Shown here in pieces: positions 48,005 to 61,600 of a stretch of DNA of 64,000 nt; positions within the stretch are counted from its first letter, which is position 1, and the number at the start of each line of letters is the position of its first letter. The stretch spans positions 186,001-250,000 of the forward strand of contig MCFH01000022.1 of NCBI GenBank assembly GCA_002104945.1, read 5' to 3'. A model generated the notes under the pieces. The model saw only the letters and a program-made list of their open reading frames with translations. It searched no databases and was not told the origin of the DNA. The translations under genes and the position numbers were made by a program. Source of the stretch: Piromyces finnis finn. Taxonomy: Eukaryota; Fungi; Neocallimastigomycota.

Positions 48005-48340
48005 ATTTTATTAGAAATTAAAGATTTTTATTAAATGATGTTATGATGAATGTCCAAGAATTTTCCTATGGTTCATTACTTGACTATTAAAAGCAAGAAA
48101 GCCGATAAAGGTTGAATGCCTACTAAAGTTGCAAAAGCTTTTAAGTTTATAAAAGTTAATAGCTTTTGAATTATAAAGAATCCGTTGTTAGTATATATTG
48201 AAGGCTATTATTTTTCTAATAATGTTTTCCTTTATATCTTTAATACCTTTATTTTTTTTGATAAATTCCTTATACAATAGGTAGGATTCTTTAGGAAGGA
48301 AAAAGTTGGAAGAAAATCTTTTAACAATAAATTTTGATTT
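48005..48340 (+). pseudogene. Ancient degraded relic of the same LINE family
   Basis: TTTTCCTATGG...GACTATTAAAAGCAAGAAAG...AGTTGCAAAAGCT aligns with TTTGCCTATGG...GGCTATTGAAAGCAAGAAGC...AGTTGCCAAAGCT; the right boundary is uncertain. Confidence 0.65.
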
Positions 48341-50605
48341 TCTTTATTTAATAAAGCATTTTACTTATTGTGCAGCATTGGTAGCTTCAAAAAAAGGTAA
48401 CCTTAAATATTTCTTAAGGACGTACAGATAAATAAATGAATTTCGTTTCTATTATACAAAAATCAATAGTTATTAAAAAATTTTTTTATTCAAACGATTG
48501 ATAACCCCCCATAAGATAATTCTATCAGTAAGGAATTGAATTCTGTGAATTTTATTTTTATTGAAATAAAGTAATAATAAAACATGTCATGAAACTTTAT
48601 TTAAAATATAGTCATTCATTTTTACATTTTTTTTTTAAAAAAATAAAATTAATTGGAATTCTAGGATTGGTGAGAAAACTTTTTTTAAAAAAAAAAAAAA
48701 AGGAAAATTTTCTGAAATTATTGAACTTTTTTTTTTTTATACATGCTTATTTGATAAAAATAGGAATAGGAATAAGAAAAAGAAAAAGATCTTCATCGAA
48801 AAGGATTCCAAGATAAGTATAGTAGAAAACCTTTGGAATAGAGTATAAACCAAATTAAAAATTTGAAACTACCTAACTAGCTATAGCTAGTGAATCTAGT
48901 TACAAGCTTATATATTCCAAATGATATTTCATTTTAAATTTATACAATTAATATTTAGATTAGTTTTTTTTTTTTTAAAAAAAAAAAAAAGATTCTTCTT
49001 ACTAGAAAAGATAAAAACAATATCATCTGTAAAAATAAGATGGAGAATATTCTTTTTTTTTTATATATATATATATTATAATTGATCCAACTTTTTTTTT
49101 TTTTACATTATTAAGTACTTGATTCCAAAAGTTATTTACACATATTTTGAAATTTGTTTTACCCTTTTTTTTTTTTTCTGCTATACCCAATTTTATTAAA
49201 TATATAAAAAATACAAAAAAAAAAAAAAAACCTTTTTTTTTTTCCTCTTTTACAATGATCAAATTTTTTCATTATTTGATTTTAGAATTTACTGCTTTTT
49301 TACTCAATATAGAATTTTTTCATTCCGCTTTCCTAACCGTTTTATTGTTTTATTATAAAAATCTATTTATCATTTACTTAATCTTCTTAAAAGGTGGGTT
49401 AAGAAAAGGTTATTTATAATTTATTTTTTTTTACCCATCTTTCTTGATACAATTCTAGCTTATAATAAGGAAAATGTAAGCAGTTTTTCAATTCATTGAG
49501 GTCTTATGTTTCATATAATGAAAAATTCATAATTTTTCTTACTAAAAACATTATCTCTTTATATGAATAAGGACTTTGGAAGCTACTTTTTTTTTTTTTT
49601 TTGAAAAGTTTAAAATATCTGATAAAAATTAAAAATGTTAACATCGTACATACATACACTCTGACAAAATAGTATCTTTAAAAATAAACAAACTAAAAAA
49701 GGATACATATATATTCTACACAGTATAATTTGTAATGTTCATTGAGGCCGCACAATTGTTTTTAAATATTCTTTTATTTTTTTTTTTTATATTACTTTTT
49801 TCAGAAATTAAATGTTTTTTATGTATTATATTATGTAAAACTTTAAATATTGTACCAATTTTTTGGAGGGTTAAGATTTAAAAAAGTTAACATATTTATA
49901 GTATATTATAAAAACAAATAAAAATATTATTGAAAAAAAAAAACTCTATTATTTAATCCCTTTGTTTATAAATCTTATAATTAATTTATTTTTCAGTATT
50001 AATTGTCAATGAAAAGCTTTATTTTTTTTTTTACTAAGAGCTAACATTAAAAAGGGTAGTAATATGTTAAATAATTAAAAAAGCTACTATTATACTTTTT
50101 GAATATATTTATGTTTAACTTTTCAATGGAACAATCAACTCTAAAAGGGTTATGTTAATAAAATATTCATTATTTTTTTTTTTTAAAAAAATAGAAAGTA
50201 TAGCGTGTATGATTTATATGAATATAGACATAACACAATAAAAATTTATATATATATATTATAGATTTCCCTATGGATGTGAATATTTATTTATTAAGGA
50301 AATAATCGCATCCATAATAAATACTATATACATAGATACTTTATTCCCATCAACCATCACCATAAATAATTTTATATTTTCATTTTAATTTCGCGAATAC
50401 TACTTTTCTTAACCAATATTTTGACCTACAAGCTTTTCGAAAATAAATTTGTGGGTTAAAAATATATATGTAATGTTATATTTGTATTCTTAAGTTTTAA
50501 TAGAATATAAGGTCCTTCTAATTAATTATAGATTATTAGACTAGTAGTATTAATAGTATCCTAATAATAAGTGAGTACTCTATTTAAGACAACTTTACCA
50601 AATTA

Positions 50606-50650
50606 TAACCTTTCTTAATATTCTTTTTCTCTTGATATTAAGAAAGGTTA
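50606..50650. repeat. Perfect 16-bp inverted repeat with a 13-nt loop
   Basis: TAACCTTTCTTAATAT / ATATTAAGAAAGGTTA. Confidence 0.9.
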
Positions 50651-53600
50651 ATATTATAAATATTATTATAAATATTATTTAATATGATTATTATTCATAC
50701 TCTTACTATTATGCAAAGTTTTTTTTTTTCCTATTAAAAAAACATAAACTTTAAAAATTATAAAATCTTAATATTTATTTTCCATTCTATTGTTAATATA
50801 GATATTCTAAAGATTTTAATTAAATCTAATATATTATTTATTATTTTATATATTGTTCATCATTTTAATCTTTATAAATTTATATTTAATCGATCGGTTT
50901 TTTTTTTATTTATACGGAAAAAAAAAAATACATTTGATGGTAAATAAAGGTGACTCACCTCCTCCTCTTAAAATTAACATACAATATTACTTTGCTATTA
51001 ATGAAAAATAATAATAATTAGAATAATAATTAGAGTAATAGTAATGATAAGCATTTTATTATAAATCTTTCAAACCTACTTCATACTTTACTATTAGAAT
51101 TTTATTAAAATAGTACATAGAAAATATTTATATATTTAGTGTAGAAGGAGAATTCATGCCATTAGAATAATACTTTTTTTTTTATTCTCCATATTTAGTA
51201 AATTAATCTTGAAATAATATTAGTTTTTATGGTATAAAGTTTTGGATGATTGGAAAAAAGGAAAAAAAGAATCATTGAAATATAATAAATAAACTATTAA
51301 TCACATGTATATTATTAATTTTTATTATTAAATAATTTATATCCCGTGTTTATATAAGATCTACATAAATTGATTTATATCTATGTAATCCAATTTAATC
51401 GAAATATTAAATTTATAACAGCGGTAAATGAATAAAATAGTAAGATCATCTGTAAAATATAAATTTATAAAAAAAAAAAAAAAAGTAATATGGCATTTCT
51501 AATGAAACTATTTAATAAAAATGGTACTAATTTTTTTATTTCTATTCTTTGTATTTGAATAAGTTTATGTTTTTATTATTAAAATAATATAAAAAAAGAT
51601 AAAGTTATTTCGTTTGTACACTTTTAAAAAGATGTAAAGTTTTGAATCCTTTTTTTATGATGTTGTCATTTTTTTTATATAAATTAAAATCAACAAAATT
51701 AGTCGTATTAATTTTTTTAATATAAATAAATTAAATATTTATTAATTAACAATTTATTGTATATTAAAGTTAATTATATTGTTATACAAAAATTAAAATT
51801 AAAAAACTTTAATCTTATTGATTTTTGACCGCCTTGCTGAAGTGGAGTTAAAAAAATATATAAATTTATTATTATAATATTTATTAAATAAAAGCATTAT
51901 GAATTAGAAAAGATATTAGGAAGAATAATTACCCAAAATCATTTATGGTTATGAATCTTTAAAAAGTTGACCATATCATTTATATAAAAAAAAAAAGAAT
52001 ACATATGATGATGATGATGATGATGATGATTGCTATTTTTTAGTAAAGTATAAAACTATTTTAATTCATCAATTATTACAATTTAATAGAAGTAATAATT
52101 TAAAAAGACCTATAGAATAATGAATAAATAATAATTTACACAAATTATTCTTTATTCAACATTTAGTTTTATGTTTAACAAAGCTTTCAATCAAGCCTAG
52201 ACACCTTTCATGTTGATCAACCAAAGTTTTTTTTTTAATTTTATTATTTATTTATTTATTAATTTTTTTTTAATATAATGAATAAGCGTCATGAAGGTAG
52301 TATATAAAAAGTAATAATAAAAGATATTTAATTTATTTCTCTTTTATAATATTAAATCCATTTGATGATTAATTTTCCTATAACTATAAATAATTAATAA
52401 TTAAAAAATAAATTTCATGATTGTTCTCCCATTTTTTTTATTATTAAAGTTTAATTAAAATTTATTATTATTTATTATTATTATTTATATTGGAAAGATG
52501 AATTCAATAAAACTTTAAAACTATTCCTTTTTATTTTATTTTTAAAGCTAACATAAAAAGATAATTTTTTTTTTAAAAAAAAAAAGAAAGAAGGAATGAT
52601 AAAAAAATAAAAGAAAAAAAAAAAGACTAAATAAATATAAATTAATAATACTAAATATTATTAATAAAAAGAGATGTTTTTTTTTTTAATTGGTATTAAA
52701 AGTAGATAGGAAGTAATAACATTCCTTTTAAATTTATATTATTTAAAATTTAAAAACAATTTATACCCTAAATAATATGAAAATTATAAAAAAAATAATA
52801 TAATCAATTTATATATAATTTCCTTTTTTTTCATCAATTTTTCATTTATTTTTTAATTGTTTTTATCTTATTTTATCTGCTGCTGTCCTTTTTAAGGTTT
52901 AATTAAATAAAAAATTATTATTTTTTTATATTGAACTTTTAAAAGAAATGCATTTTTTTTAAAAAAAAAATTAAAGTTTTAGTTATTAAAATTATAACAG
53001 TTTTATTTATGTTATAAATGAGTTATACTTTATTTCCTATCTACAATGATTAATGATTAATAAAATAAATTTACACGAAATAGTTGTGATATAGGGATAT
53101 TTAATAGTAAAATACAATAAATAAAAATAATTATTTAATTTTTATTTCATATACATTTATTGCTAATTTTCAAAAAAAAAAAAAAATGTATATATAGATA
53201 TGCATATAATTTTATATTAAAAAAAAAATTAATTTTTAATTTTAATTCAATTTTTCCCTTTTTTCTTTTTTATTGTAAAATGCATCAACACACTTTGTCC
53301 TACACTTCATCTTCCATTGAAATAGAGTTTGAATGTTTTTTTTTCTTTCTCCTTTTACCTAAATAATAAAGTTTATTTTTTATTCTAAATTTTATTCTAT
53401 ATTATTTTTGATGTAATTAAAAAAAGTATGATACCAAAATATTTATATTAAATATTTCTTAATCATTGCATTTATTATTATTCTTATTCATATTTTTATT
53501 TATTAAACAGGAATATCAAATAGCTCATAATTATTAATTTAATATTATATTTAATTGAACTTCATCTTTAATTATTAATTTTAAATTTATTAATATTTAA

Positions 53601-53991
53601 TGTATATCAATTGATTTGATATTTAACGGATATTATAAAAAAAAAAATGTTAATATTTAATATGAATCCTTATTATTATTTTTTTTTTATAAAATTACAT
53701 TTACTAAACTTGATTGTACTTTTATTTTATATATTTTCTATTTTTCTTTTTTCTTTTTTACCATTATATATATTATATATGATTGTTATGCTTTTTTTTT
53801 TTTTTTTTTTTTTACATTGTTATATGATTAGAGAGTATTATTTTTTAATATAAAAAATGTTTCCATTTTTAATATATAATATCATATTTTATTAAATTTT
53901 TAATATAAATTTTCAATAATTTTTATATTAATTAAAAATAATATTTATTTAATTCTATCCTTTTTTTTTTTTTTCTTCTTTCTTTAGTTCA

Positions 53992-54167
53992 TATAAATAG
54001 CTTTGTTTTTTTCGTTTTCTTGTTTTATTTTCTAAATTATTTTCAAATCAATCTTTTTAATAATTAAAATTTAATATTTAATCTTTTTTTTTTATTTGAA
54101 GAAGAATTAATTAATAAATTTTAATTTTTATCTTTTTTTTTTTCCCTTTTTTTCACTGGTTGAAAAA
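53992..54167 (+). promoter_or_regulatory. Xylanase 1 proximal promoter: TATA-AGCTTTGTTTTT block and TTTCACTGGTTGAAAAA motif
   Basis: Both blocks recur upstream of xylanase 2 (62431-62450 and 62513-62529) while the intervening DNA has diverged. Confidence 0.6.
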
Positions 54168-54272
54168 TTCTTTTAGTATATAAAAAATAATTTGTTAAAT
54201 AAATATAAAAAACTTTAATTATTTGCATTGTATATATTTTTTTTATTGTAAAAAAATATTGTAAAAATAAAA

Positions 54273-55766
54273 ATGAAATCCATAAAATTAATTCAACTTT
54301 TGGCTACAGTTGGACTTGCTAGTGCCCAAAGTTTCTGTAGTTCTGCAAAGCATTCTGGTACTAGTGTCACTGAACGTAGTAACAAGGTTGGTTCCATTGG
54401 TGGTATCGGTTATGAATTATGGGCTGATAGTGGTAACAACAGTGCTACTTTCTATTCTGATGGTTCTTTCTCTTGTTCCTTCCAAAATGCTAAGGATTAC
54501 CTTTGCCGTTCCGGTCTTTCCTTCGATAGTACCAAGACTCACGACCAAATTGGACATATTTATGCTGACTTCAAGCTTGTCAAACAAAACATTCAAAATG
54601 TTGATTACTCCTATGTAGGTATTTACGGTTGGACTAGAAGTCCACTTGTTGAATTCTACGTTGTTGATAACTGGCTCAGTCAATGGCGTCCAGGTGATTG
54701 GGTTGGTAACAAGAAACATGGTGATTTTGTTATTGATGGAGCTACTTACACTGTTTATGAAAACACTCGTTACGGTCCATCTATTGATGGTGATACTCAA
54801 TTCAAACAATACTTCAGTATTCGTCAACAAGCTCGTGATTGTGGTACTATTGATATTACAGCTCACTTCCAACAATGGGAAAAGCTTGGTATGAAGCTTG
54901 GTAAGATGCATGAAGCTAAGGTTTTAGGTGAAGCTGGTAGTAATGGATCTGGTACTAGTGGTACTGCTGATTTCCCATATGCTAAGGTTTACATTGGTAA
55001 TGGTAACAACCAAAGCAACAACAACAATAACACTAGCAACAACAATAACAACAACAACAACAACCAAAGTTCTTCATCTAATGCTTCAAACACTAACTAC
55101 TGTAGTTCTGCTAAGCACTCTGGTACTAGTGTCACTGAACGTAGTAACAAGGTTGGTTCCATTGGTGGTATCGGTTATGAATTATGGGCTGATAGTGGTA
55201 ACAACAGTGCTACTTTCTATTCTGATGGTTCTTTCTCTTGTTCCTTCCAAAATGCTAAGGATTACCTTTGCCGTTCCGGTCTTTCCTTCGATAGTACCAA
55301 GACTCACGACCAAATTGGACATATTTACGCAGACTTCAAGCTTGTCAAACAAAACATTCAAAATGTTGATTACTCCTATGTAGGTATTTACGGTTGGACT
55401 AGAAGTCCACTTGTTGAATTCTACGTTGTTGATAACTGGCTCAGTCAATGGCGTCCAGGTGATTGGGTTGGTAACAAGAAACATGGTGATTTTGTTATTG
55501 ATGGAGCTACTTACACTGTTTATGAAAACACTCGTTACGGTCCATCTATTGATGGTGATACTCAATTCAAACAATACTTCAGTATTCGTCAACAAGCTCG
55601 TGATTGTGGTAAAATCGATATTACAGCTCACTTCCAACAATGGGAAAAGCTTGGTATGAAGCTTGGTAAGATGCATGAAGCTAAGGTTTTAGGTGAAGCT
55701 GGTAGTAATGGATCTGGTACCAGTGGTACTGCTGATTTCCCATACGCTAAGGTTTATGTCGCCTAA
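54273..55766 (+). CDS. xyn11: Endo-1,4-beta-xylanase: signal peptide plus two tandem GH11 domains, Asn-rich linker, no dockerin or CBM; 497 aa, intronless
   Basis: MKSIKLIQLLATVGLASA signal; LVEFYVVD and MHEAKV catalytic Glu motifs in both domains; resembles the Fibrobacter XynC-type GH11 subgroup (from memory). Confidence 0.96.
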   Translation: MKSIKLIQLLATVGLASAQSFCSSAKHSGTSVTERSNKVGSIGGIGYELWADSGNNSATFYSDGSFSCSFQNAKDYLCRSGLSFDSTKTHDQIGHIYADFKLVKQNIQNVDYSYVGIYGWTRSPLVEFYVVDNWLSQWRPGDWVGNKKHGDFVIDGATYTVYENTRYGPSIDGDTQFKQYFSIRQQARDCGTIDITAHFQQWEKLGMKLGKMHEAKVLGEAGSNGSGTSGTADFPYAKVYIGNGNNQSNNNNNTSNNNNNNNNNQSSSSNASNTNYCSSAKHSGTSVTERSNKVGSIGGIGYELWADSGNNSATFYSDGSFSCSFQNAKDYLCRSGLSFDSTKTHDQIGHIYADFKLVKQNIQNVDYSYVGIYGWTRSPLVEFYVVDNWLSQWRPGDWVGNKKHGDFVIDGATYTVYENTRYGPSIDGDTQFKQYFSIRQQARDCGKIDITAHFQQWEKLGMKLGKMHEAKVLGEAGSNGSGTSGTADFPYAKVYVA

Positions 55767-56440
55767 ACAGCATAACTAAATAAATGAATATATAATGCAA
55801 TAATCTTTTTTGTAAGAATATATTTTTTAATATATCCTTAAGAGCAAATTAAAAAAGAAAAAAGTGGAAAAAAAATTTATAAAAATGTTAATTTTAGTTA
55901 GTATTTTTTTTAATAATTTATTAGTAAATACTGAAATATTAGAATAAAATAAAAAAAAAAAATAATTTTTAGTATTTATTCAAAAGTAATAGAAATATTA
56001 ATTTAATATAAAAATTTCTTTTGAAAAAAAACTAAGAACAATAGATTAAAATTATAGAAAAAAAAAAAATACAAAATGTAAATAATTTCTTTATAACTAA
56101 ATATTATAAGATAATGACTAATTTTGTCTATTATCCTATATTATTAATTAACATTTTAATTGTAAAAAAAAAAAACAAAAAACAAAAAACAAAGCAAAAT
56201 AGAATAAAAAAATTGATTAAAAAATACATTCACTTTTTCCCTTATATTTTTGAAATTTATTTTTAAACATTTTATTTAAATCGCCACTACTTTTTTATTT
56301 AAAAAAAATTAAATATTGTGTTTATAAAACTGTATAGATTAGATTAAATTTCAAAATTTACTTCTAATTTAAAAATATCAAGGTTCTCAATACTTTGATT
56401 TTAAAAGTTTGAAATTTGACCGTAACTATCAAACCTTGGT

Positions 56441-58644
56441 TATTCAAATTCCTTCTTGGGGGAAGAAGTTTTAACAATATCAATTACAATTCAAGGGAAT
56501 GGAAAGAACTTTGCAAGTGTCAGATTCAATCTGGCACAAACGAAGGAACACTATTCTTGACGGTAACCGTGGAACTTCTAACCAAAATCATGCGTTCAAA
56601 AGGTTTGAAGCAACATCCAAGAGCGTTCTTGCTGAAGAAACAGTAAGACAGGCCAGGAGGGCCAGCGCAACCACCCTCTTTCTCCTATTCTCTTTAATCT
56701 CTTTATTAATGATATATTTAAAGAGTGTGAAGATCTAGGAGTCAGTTTAGGTGACACTCGATGCTGTGGTGGACTTTTTGCAGATGATATAGTTATTTGT
56801 GCTCCAACAAGAGGATGCTTAAAAAAGATGCTTAGAAGAGTTAATGAATGGGCCTTGTATAATGAAATGGAATTTGGTATTCAGAAATGTTCAACGATGG
56901 TGATTCGTCCTGAATCAATAGAAAATCAGAACAAGAGAGATCCAACATTTTACTTAGCAGGACAACCCATTCCAACTACTGATTGCTATACTTATCTTGG
57001 TGTTCCATTTGATAAGAATTTGTCCCTTAAACCAGTAATTAAAACTCTTAATAACAAGGTTTTGAAAGGACTTTTCTCAGTCAGTAGATTCTTAAGAAAT
57101 CCTAATATTCCTATTCCTTTCAAAAAACTAGTACTTAACTCACAAGTGATTAGCAGAGTTTCATACTTTGCACCATTACTTGGATCCAACAAAGCTAGGT
57201 CTAGGATTGCTCAGAAGCATGTTAACAAAGGAATACGATGGGTTGCCGGAGTTCATAAAGCTGTATCGTTTATATCTTTATACTCTATTTCAAAAGATTT
57301 GAATATTCCTCCATTGTCAGCCAAATGTGCGTTAGCTCAGGTTAGATGTTTTAACAAATGGAAAAACTCGAATTGTATTATCTCACACCTTGTCAATTAC
57401 ATTCCTAAATTTAGAAAATACACGTGGTGCAAATCAAGTAGGACACTTGATAAAAAACTAAAGAAACATGGAGATGTTAAAGCAGTTAAAAACTTTTATT
57501 GGAAAGATCTCAAAGGGAATTCAATCAAAGTGCAATATTATGATGATAATAAATTTATTGAAACTAAATATTTTATTAAATTATGTTATGAGTACCCAGA
57601 GTTTGCCTATGGCTTCTACTGGCTATTGAAAGCAAGAAGCGGATACAAGTTGGATGCTAGAGTTGCCAAAGCTGCTAAATTTATTGATCCAGTTTGTCCT
57701 AACTACTGTCCATGTTGCAAGTGTGGAGATCAAAGTATTAAACATTGGTTATTAGATTGTCCAACATTTAGAGATATCCGTATTAAACATTATGATTCCA
57801 TAGTCCAGCTACTAAATTTTTTCAGTCAACGTAATTCCAACAGTCCTATCAATAATAATGAAATTGATAATGTCAGCAGAGATAGCAATAACAGTAATAG
57901 TAATAGTAACAATAATAATAATAACAATAGTAATAATAACAATAGTAGTAATAGTAATAATAGAAATAGTAATAATAACAATAGTAGTAATAGAAATAAT
58001 AATATTAGTAATGATAGCAATAGTGATGATAATAATTCTAATTTAGATAGTAATTTAGTTAATGATAGTAATAGTTCTAATAGTCCGGTGAATATTAATG
58101 TGTATGATTATTCTAGTGTGTGCAGTAAAATATTTAAATTCCTTCTTGGGGGAAGAAGTTTTAACAATATTAATTACAATTCAAGGGAATGGAAAGAACT
58201 TTGTAAGCGTCAGATTCAATCTGGTACTAACGAAGGAACACCATTCTTGACGGTAACCGCGGAACTTCTAACCAAAATCATGCCTTTTGCTATTGGCCAG
58301 CAATGGTCAATGTTCAAAAGGTTTGAAGCAACATCCAAGAGCGTCAATGCTGAAGAAACAAGTAAGACAGGCCAGGAGGGCCAGCGCAACCAATGGAGAT
58401 CATAATTTTGTCCCATGATAAAATTTTTATCTTTGACTTGGTGTCCCATTGGAAGTCAAATACAATTATTATACTTTAGTATAATAGTGGCTTTCTTACT
58501 TTAATTAAAATTACTAGAATACATTATACCCAATTTTTATTCATTTGTGTTTACTTAAACATTTTTTTTTTATTTTTAATTTTTTTATTACATGTATTAT
58601 AATTTTAATTAAATTAATAATAAAGTTTAAAATATTTGATGCCG

Positions 58645-58672
<28 letters not shown>
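56441..58672 (+). mobile_element. 5'-truncated LINE copy 2 with a 5'-appended fragment of the LINE 3' region; poly(A) tail
   Basis: 56674-58646 nearly identical to copy 1; 56441-56673 is a diverged copy of the ORF C-terminus; ends GATGCCGTT(A)26; 1-bp insertion at ~58360 relative to copy 1. Confidence 0.93.
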
Positions 58673-58676
<4 letters not shown>

Positions 58677-61600
58677 ATTGAGGTTAAGAGGTTTTAACAA
58701 ATTTAATTTTTAATTAATGAATTAATGATATTTCAAATTCAAAAATAATAAACAGAGTATTAATACTAATACTAATACTAAGAATTTTTTTTATTTTAAT
58801 ATAAAACATCGGTCAATCTAGATACAAATTACAATATCTTTTATTTTTATATTTTATCAAATATTGAATGCATTTTTTTTTAAAATTAGAGAATTATCTT
58901 AAAATATAAAATAAAATATTATTAAAACTTAAAAAACACTTAATAATTCTTTAAAATTTTTGTTTTTGTATATGTTATAATTCTTTATTTAAAGGATTCA
59001 TTTACTTTATGCTTTAGTTATTAATGAAATTGGATAAAAAAAAAAAAAAGTAATATTACATAATATTAATGATACTAAGCTTTTTTCTAACAAGTTTTAA
59101 CCCTTCATTAATTATATATTTATATTATATATTTAAATTTTAAATTTTAATAAAGTGTATATACATAATTGAATTATAATTGATGTATTGAAAATGGAAG
59201 GTATGATAAAACAATATATTATTTTTTAAAAATTAATCAAATTTCATTAATTTTAATATAATATTTTAATTTATGTATTAGCATAATAAAATATATAAAT
59301 ATATTAAAAAAAAAAAAGATGATATTAACAAATATATACATATACATTTAGTAATAATAGTATGACATAACTTTATATATATTAATTATAAATAATGACA
59401 TGCTCTTTTTTAATAAGATTTTGATATAATATATTTCATTTCATGATTATTATAATGATTATAATGATTATAATAATTTTATTGAGTTTCTGTTTTTAAA
59501 AACTCTTAAAACTCAATATAGTTTTAACATTTCATTTTAATATTTTATTGTTATATGTATATATCTAGTAATAAAATAAATTTATTCAAATAACGAATAA
59601 TTCAAATAGTCAAATATTATTATTTGATAATAATAATTATTAAAATAATATATTTCTCCCTTTTTTTTTTTTTTTGTTATTATAAAACTTTTTTTATAGC
59701 ATTTTATGCAAATATAAAAACTATTTTTATTATGAATAAAATATTAAAAGAATTTATCATATAATAAGTTTTATTCTTTCAATAAAGAAAACAATATTAT
59801 GATTTAATAAAGTGTAATAAATATCGATATATTAAAAAAAGTAAATAAAAATATAATATCTTTTTAATTAATTAAAAATCTTTTAAAGTTATGAATATAT
59901 ACTTTATATATTTACATTTTTTTTTTTTTTACTATGATAAATAAAAAATGTTGTAAAAAGAATAGCTTAATTATAAACTTTAATGTTAAAAATACTTTTA
60001 GTTTTTTTTTTTTATATTTCATTAGTAATTATACTATTCTTTAAAATAAAGTGGTAATTCTATAATTCAAATATTAAACTTTTTTTTTCTTTCAAATTAT
60101 ATTAAATTAAGTTTTGTGATAAAAATTTAAATTAAAGCATATTAATATATATTTAAATGAATTTTAATTTATTTTAACAATATCATAAATCATAAAATTT
60201 AATATAAAATTTTATTTTCAATAAATAGAATACTTTTTTTTAATTTATAAAAAGATGTATATAACTCCTATAAGGTATATGAAAATTAATGATTTATATC
60301 ATTTTAATATATATAATAATGAAATACCAACGACATTGAAAAGTAAAATAATTAAAAGTATTTTTTCTTTTATAAAATGTACTATACTATCTATATTAGA
60401 TTATAACTTTAAAAAAGAAAATATAGTCATTTTTATCTGTTGAATCCCTTGATTCTTACACTAAAGTTTTTATTTATAATGAGTAAAAAAAAAAAAAAAA
60501 AAAAAAAAAACTCAAAGGAAGTCAAAATTATAACAGATAAAAATATTCCTATTAAAATAATGAGATCCAATAAAAATAAAAAGTTTTTAATAAAAAAAAA
60601 AACAATTATGAATAAAGTTTTATTTATTTTGATTATCTAGAAATCTAGAAACCTCTAAACGCTTCATTTATATTTTTTATTAGAATATATTAATAAATTA
60701 TTTATTTATAATTAATAATTATTAATATTTAATCATTTATTTATTAATACTAATATAAATAAAAATTACTTTTTTAATTAATATTACATAAACCTCTATT
60801 GTATCTTTACTATCATTTTAATTATTTTTATTAATTAAAACTCAGGTATTTGTTCATTTTAAATAAAAGAGAATAACAAATGAATGCAATGGTAGTCGAG
60901 GTATTTATCATTCTATATGTTTTAACATTTTATGTATGTTATATTTAAGTAGTATATGTTAATTATATTAAACTTTTTTTTTATATAAAATAAAATCTAA
61001 AAAAAAAGTTATAAATATTATAAATAGAATGACTTTAATCATTTTAAATCTATTCCCTTTTACAGCATATTTTGCTGATTTAAGATATATATACATAACT
61101 TTTAATATATTAATATTTTTTAAGGTATTAACTATTGTGTAAATCCCATCAAGATTTCAAGGTTTGCATTTATAAAACATCTTTCTATTTTCCTCATCAT
61201 CGATGTAATAAATTCATTTGATTTGTTAGAAATACATATATTTTGTACTACAAACTTTTTGTTTTACATTAAAAAAATAAAATAAAATTTTATTCCCCAT
61301 TTGTCATAATTAAACTTTAATTTATAATAAAACAATATTAAGAACAATATATATACAATATTTTAATTTAATTATTATGTGCCATGTTTACATTTAATAA
61401 TCTTATTTTAATTCACCATCATTGTTAAAACATCTTTTCAATATAAAATATTTATAATAAAAAGTCATATTTTATCTTTAATTTATTAATAATAAATAAA
61501 AGATTTAAAGATTATTGAAAATTTTATTTTTAATTAAAGTGGATGTAAAAATGAAACACCACCTTTTTTTTTTATAATATATATAATATATAAAACGATA

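Noticed and set aside
48600-49330. Loose inverted similarity with VENLWNRV / NNFWNQV peptides suggesting a decayed DDE transposase
   Set aside because: Fragments too short, broken by stops and homopolymers; no TIRs identified.
54310-55676. Several 82-164 aa ORFs overlapping the xylanase genes, also at 62659-63920
   Set aside because: Shadow frames caused by strong codon bias; they are duplicated only because the GH11 domains are.
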